Of a DNA stretch of 7,942 nt, positions 6,183 to 7,942 are shown piece after piece; position 1 is the stretch's first letter; every line of letters starts with the position of its first letter. The translations under genes and the position numbers were made by a program. The DNA is taken from assembly GCA_000388065.2 (NCBI GenBank), contig KB932202.1, one strand, 5' to 3'. The notes below the pieces were generated by a model. The model saw only the letters and a program-made list of their open reading frames with translations, did no database searches and was not told the DNA's origin. The DNA comes from Fonticula alba ATCC 38817. Taxonomy: Eukaryota; Protista; Nucleariida.

Positions 6183-6913
6183 TCCCGCCGCTCCTTCCCC
6201 ACAAGGCATTGTCTTGTACTTGATCGCGAAGGGGCGCATGCCGCTTGGGGGTTCGACAACGACACGGCCCGTGCCGGAGCCTTGGCCTGCATTTTGCCCG
6301 GCCCCGCCGGGTGACAGCGCTGCCCCTGGTCCGGGGTTTCCTCTCGATTCCTCGCACACATGGGCCACATGCCCCTCCGCAGTGCCCAGGGTACGGCCCA
6401 GCCCGCAGGCGCAGCACTGGCTGGACCTGCGGTCACAGAAACGGCCGCCCCTGTGCGCGGGCGTTCGGCATTGACCCAATGGCCACTGTCAGGTGAAAAA
6501 AAAAGGCAAGTGCACCCGCAAGGACCCCAGCATAGCCCCAGGCCTGATTTCTTGCCCCTTTCGGCGCTCCATTCCCTCCCAGGCGCGGTGATGGTTCCCT
6601 CCTCTGCCCCTGCTGGCACATGGGCTCGCCCTTCCTCCCAGCCGGGGAGGGTGCTCTTGTTCCGACATGGCAGGAGTAGCCCGCCAAGGGGCTCGGGTTT
6701 CGGGTTGATGGGCCACCGATGCCCATCAAGGGAGGGGCGCCTGCCGGTAAGAGGTGACTGCGGGCGACCATGCTCAAGCCCAAGGGGAAAGATCGCCTCG
6801 CACATGCGGCCCCGCATTTGGCCCAGCGCGAGGAGCTGTGCCGGGGATCTTGGCAGGGCAGGCCAGCTGCCTTCGCTCGAGCCTCTTCTCACTGACTCCC
6901 CACCCATCCATAC

Positions 6914-6933
6914 CGCGCGCGCGCGCGCGCGCG
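6914..6933. repeat. (CG)10 microsatellite followed by CG/CA alternating sequence
   Basis: Perfect alternating CG over 20 nt, followed by agcacgcgcgcagacacacgc. Confidence 0.95.
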
Positions 6934-7942
6934 AGCACGCGCGCAGACACACGCTGACGCGGAAACACACTGAGGGAGAGAGCGAGGTTCAATGGGGAGA
7001 AGGAGAGAAGACACAGGAGCCCCTGGATGTTGCAGGCGATTGGCAAGCCCTTCGCAAATAGGCTGAGCGTCAGAGATCGGAAAATCGAAGCCGATACCAT
7101 GCGCCGGCCGCGAGTTAGCGGAGATGCCATCAGCGAGGCCACAGAGCCCGGTCAAGCCGTCGAAGTTATGGCCGCCCCGCTCAAGGACCCAAGTCAATCA
7201 GCCGTCCGGGGAAGCCCCGCCTCGAAGAAAACCCGGTTCCGCGATTCGGACAAGCTCGACCGGCAGGCGAGGCAATCCGCATGCACAAATGCCTGTCAGC
7301 AGCAGGATAATGCGCGCAAGAGAAGCCGAAGAGGAGAATGGACAGGAGCAGCGGAGCAGCAGAGTAGCGGAGCAGAGGGGCAACCGAGGCTGTTTTGCAC
7401 GGACAAGCTACGTGCGCTTGCGCCCCACTCGGAAAGATATACCCTGCCATCCCGGCCGGGGAACACCGAGACACACCGGTCAGCGTGCTTCGAGCAAGGA
7501 TCGACGGAGGGCAACCAAATCAGGGGCCCATGTGTTGGCTGTTGGGTCCGCATCATCCAACACTATTAAACCGGCCATTATTTCTCGATCGACTTCTTTG
7601 TCCAAATCAACGCATGGCACACTGGCTTCAGGGGCATCTTTACGCCTCGTCCAGCCGGAGGTCAGCACGCATCGCTGCTCGCTGGGCCATGCCCGGGGAA
7701 AGAAGGTGTGCACGCATGCCTCGGCCTTTTCTCCGGATCCGGCCCCTCTGCGCCCACAATCGGTGCATCACGCTCCACTGCGCCCTTTCCCTTGAACCAC
7801 CCCCTGTGGCGACTGGTCTCGCCACCATCCCGTCGCCAGCCATGCCGCCAGGCAACCTTCAAATCAAGCCAGCGTGCCCGAAGTCGCCTCATTGCTCGCG
7901 CGGAAGGCACCTGCCCGGCCACCCGAATCCACGCAAGATACC

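Noticed and set aside
6250-6257. GGTTCGAC, tRNA T-loop/B-box-like
   Set aside because: No complementary T-stem, A-box or cloverleaf around it.
5786-6970. Longest ORF in the track (394 aa, minus strand)
   Set aside because: Arg/Gly/Pro/Ala-rich, translates straight through (CG)10, T9 and G18 runs, and has no motif; typical chance ORF of GC-rich DNA.
7347-7377. Imperfect 16-nt AGC-rich tandem duplication
   Set aside because: Two degenerate units in low-complexity sequence; not a CRISPR-like or otherwise meaningful array.
5946-7719. GCATGC(A) occurrences (5946, 6236, 7279, 7714; also 550, 3378, 4494), resembling the apicomplexan ApiAP2 motif TGCATGC
   Set aside because: Only mildly above chance for a GC-rich 6-mer; not enough to infer host taxon or regulation.
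7720-7730. CTCGGCCTTTT, identical to 11 nt near the U2 snRNA 5' end
   Set aside because: The following U2 sequence (GGCTAAGATCAAGTGTAGTA) and an Sm site are absent; chance match.

Overview
Eukaryotic, GC-rich DNA (roughly 60% GC by eye, not counted). Positions ~421-5516 (+) hold a decayed Ty3/Gypsy (Metaviridae) LTR-retrotransposon internal region in canonical order: a tRNA-iMet-like primer-binding site, gag (long unrecognised N-terminal part, then a capsid-like domain), aspartic protease (DSG), reverse transcriptase (LDL...HLDD), RNase H, and integrase (HHCC, D-D35-E, GPY/F-like tail). The coding path switches frame at least 15 times but needs almost no nonsense codons. Upstream (61-217) is a densely base-paired leader or LTR remnant with a duplicated hairpin-TGGATCC module. 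I found no matching 3' LTR in the window. The last 2.4 kb has no confidently identifiable gene. It carries an AT-rich island, a C18 run, a pure (CG)10 tract, minus-strand splice-acceptor-like signals and a CCCH-zinc-finger-like relic. Domain calls rest on recalled family consensus motifs, not database searches. Domain boundaries and frameshift positions are approximate.
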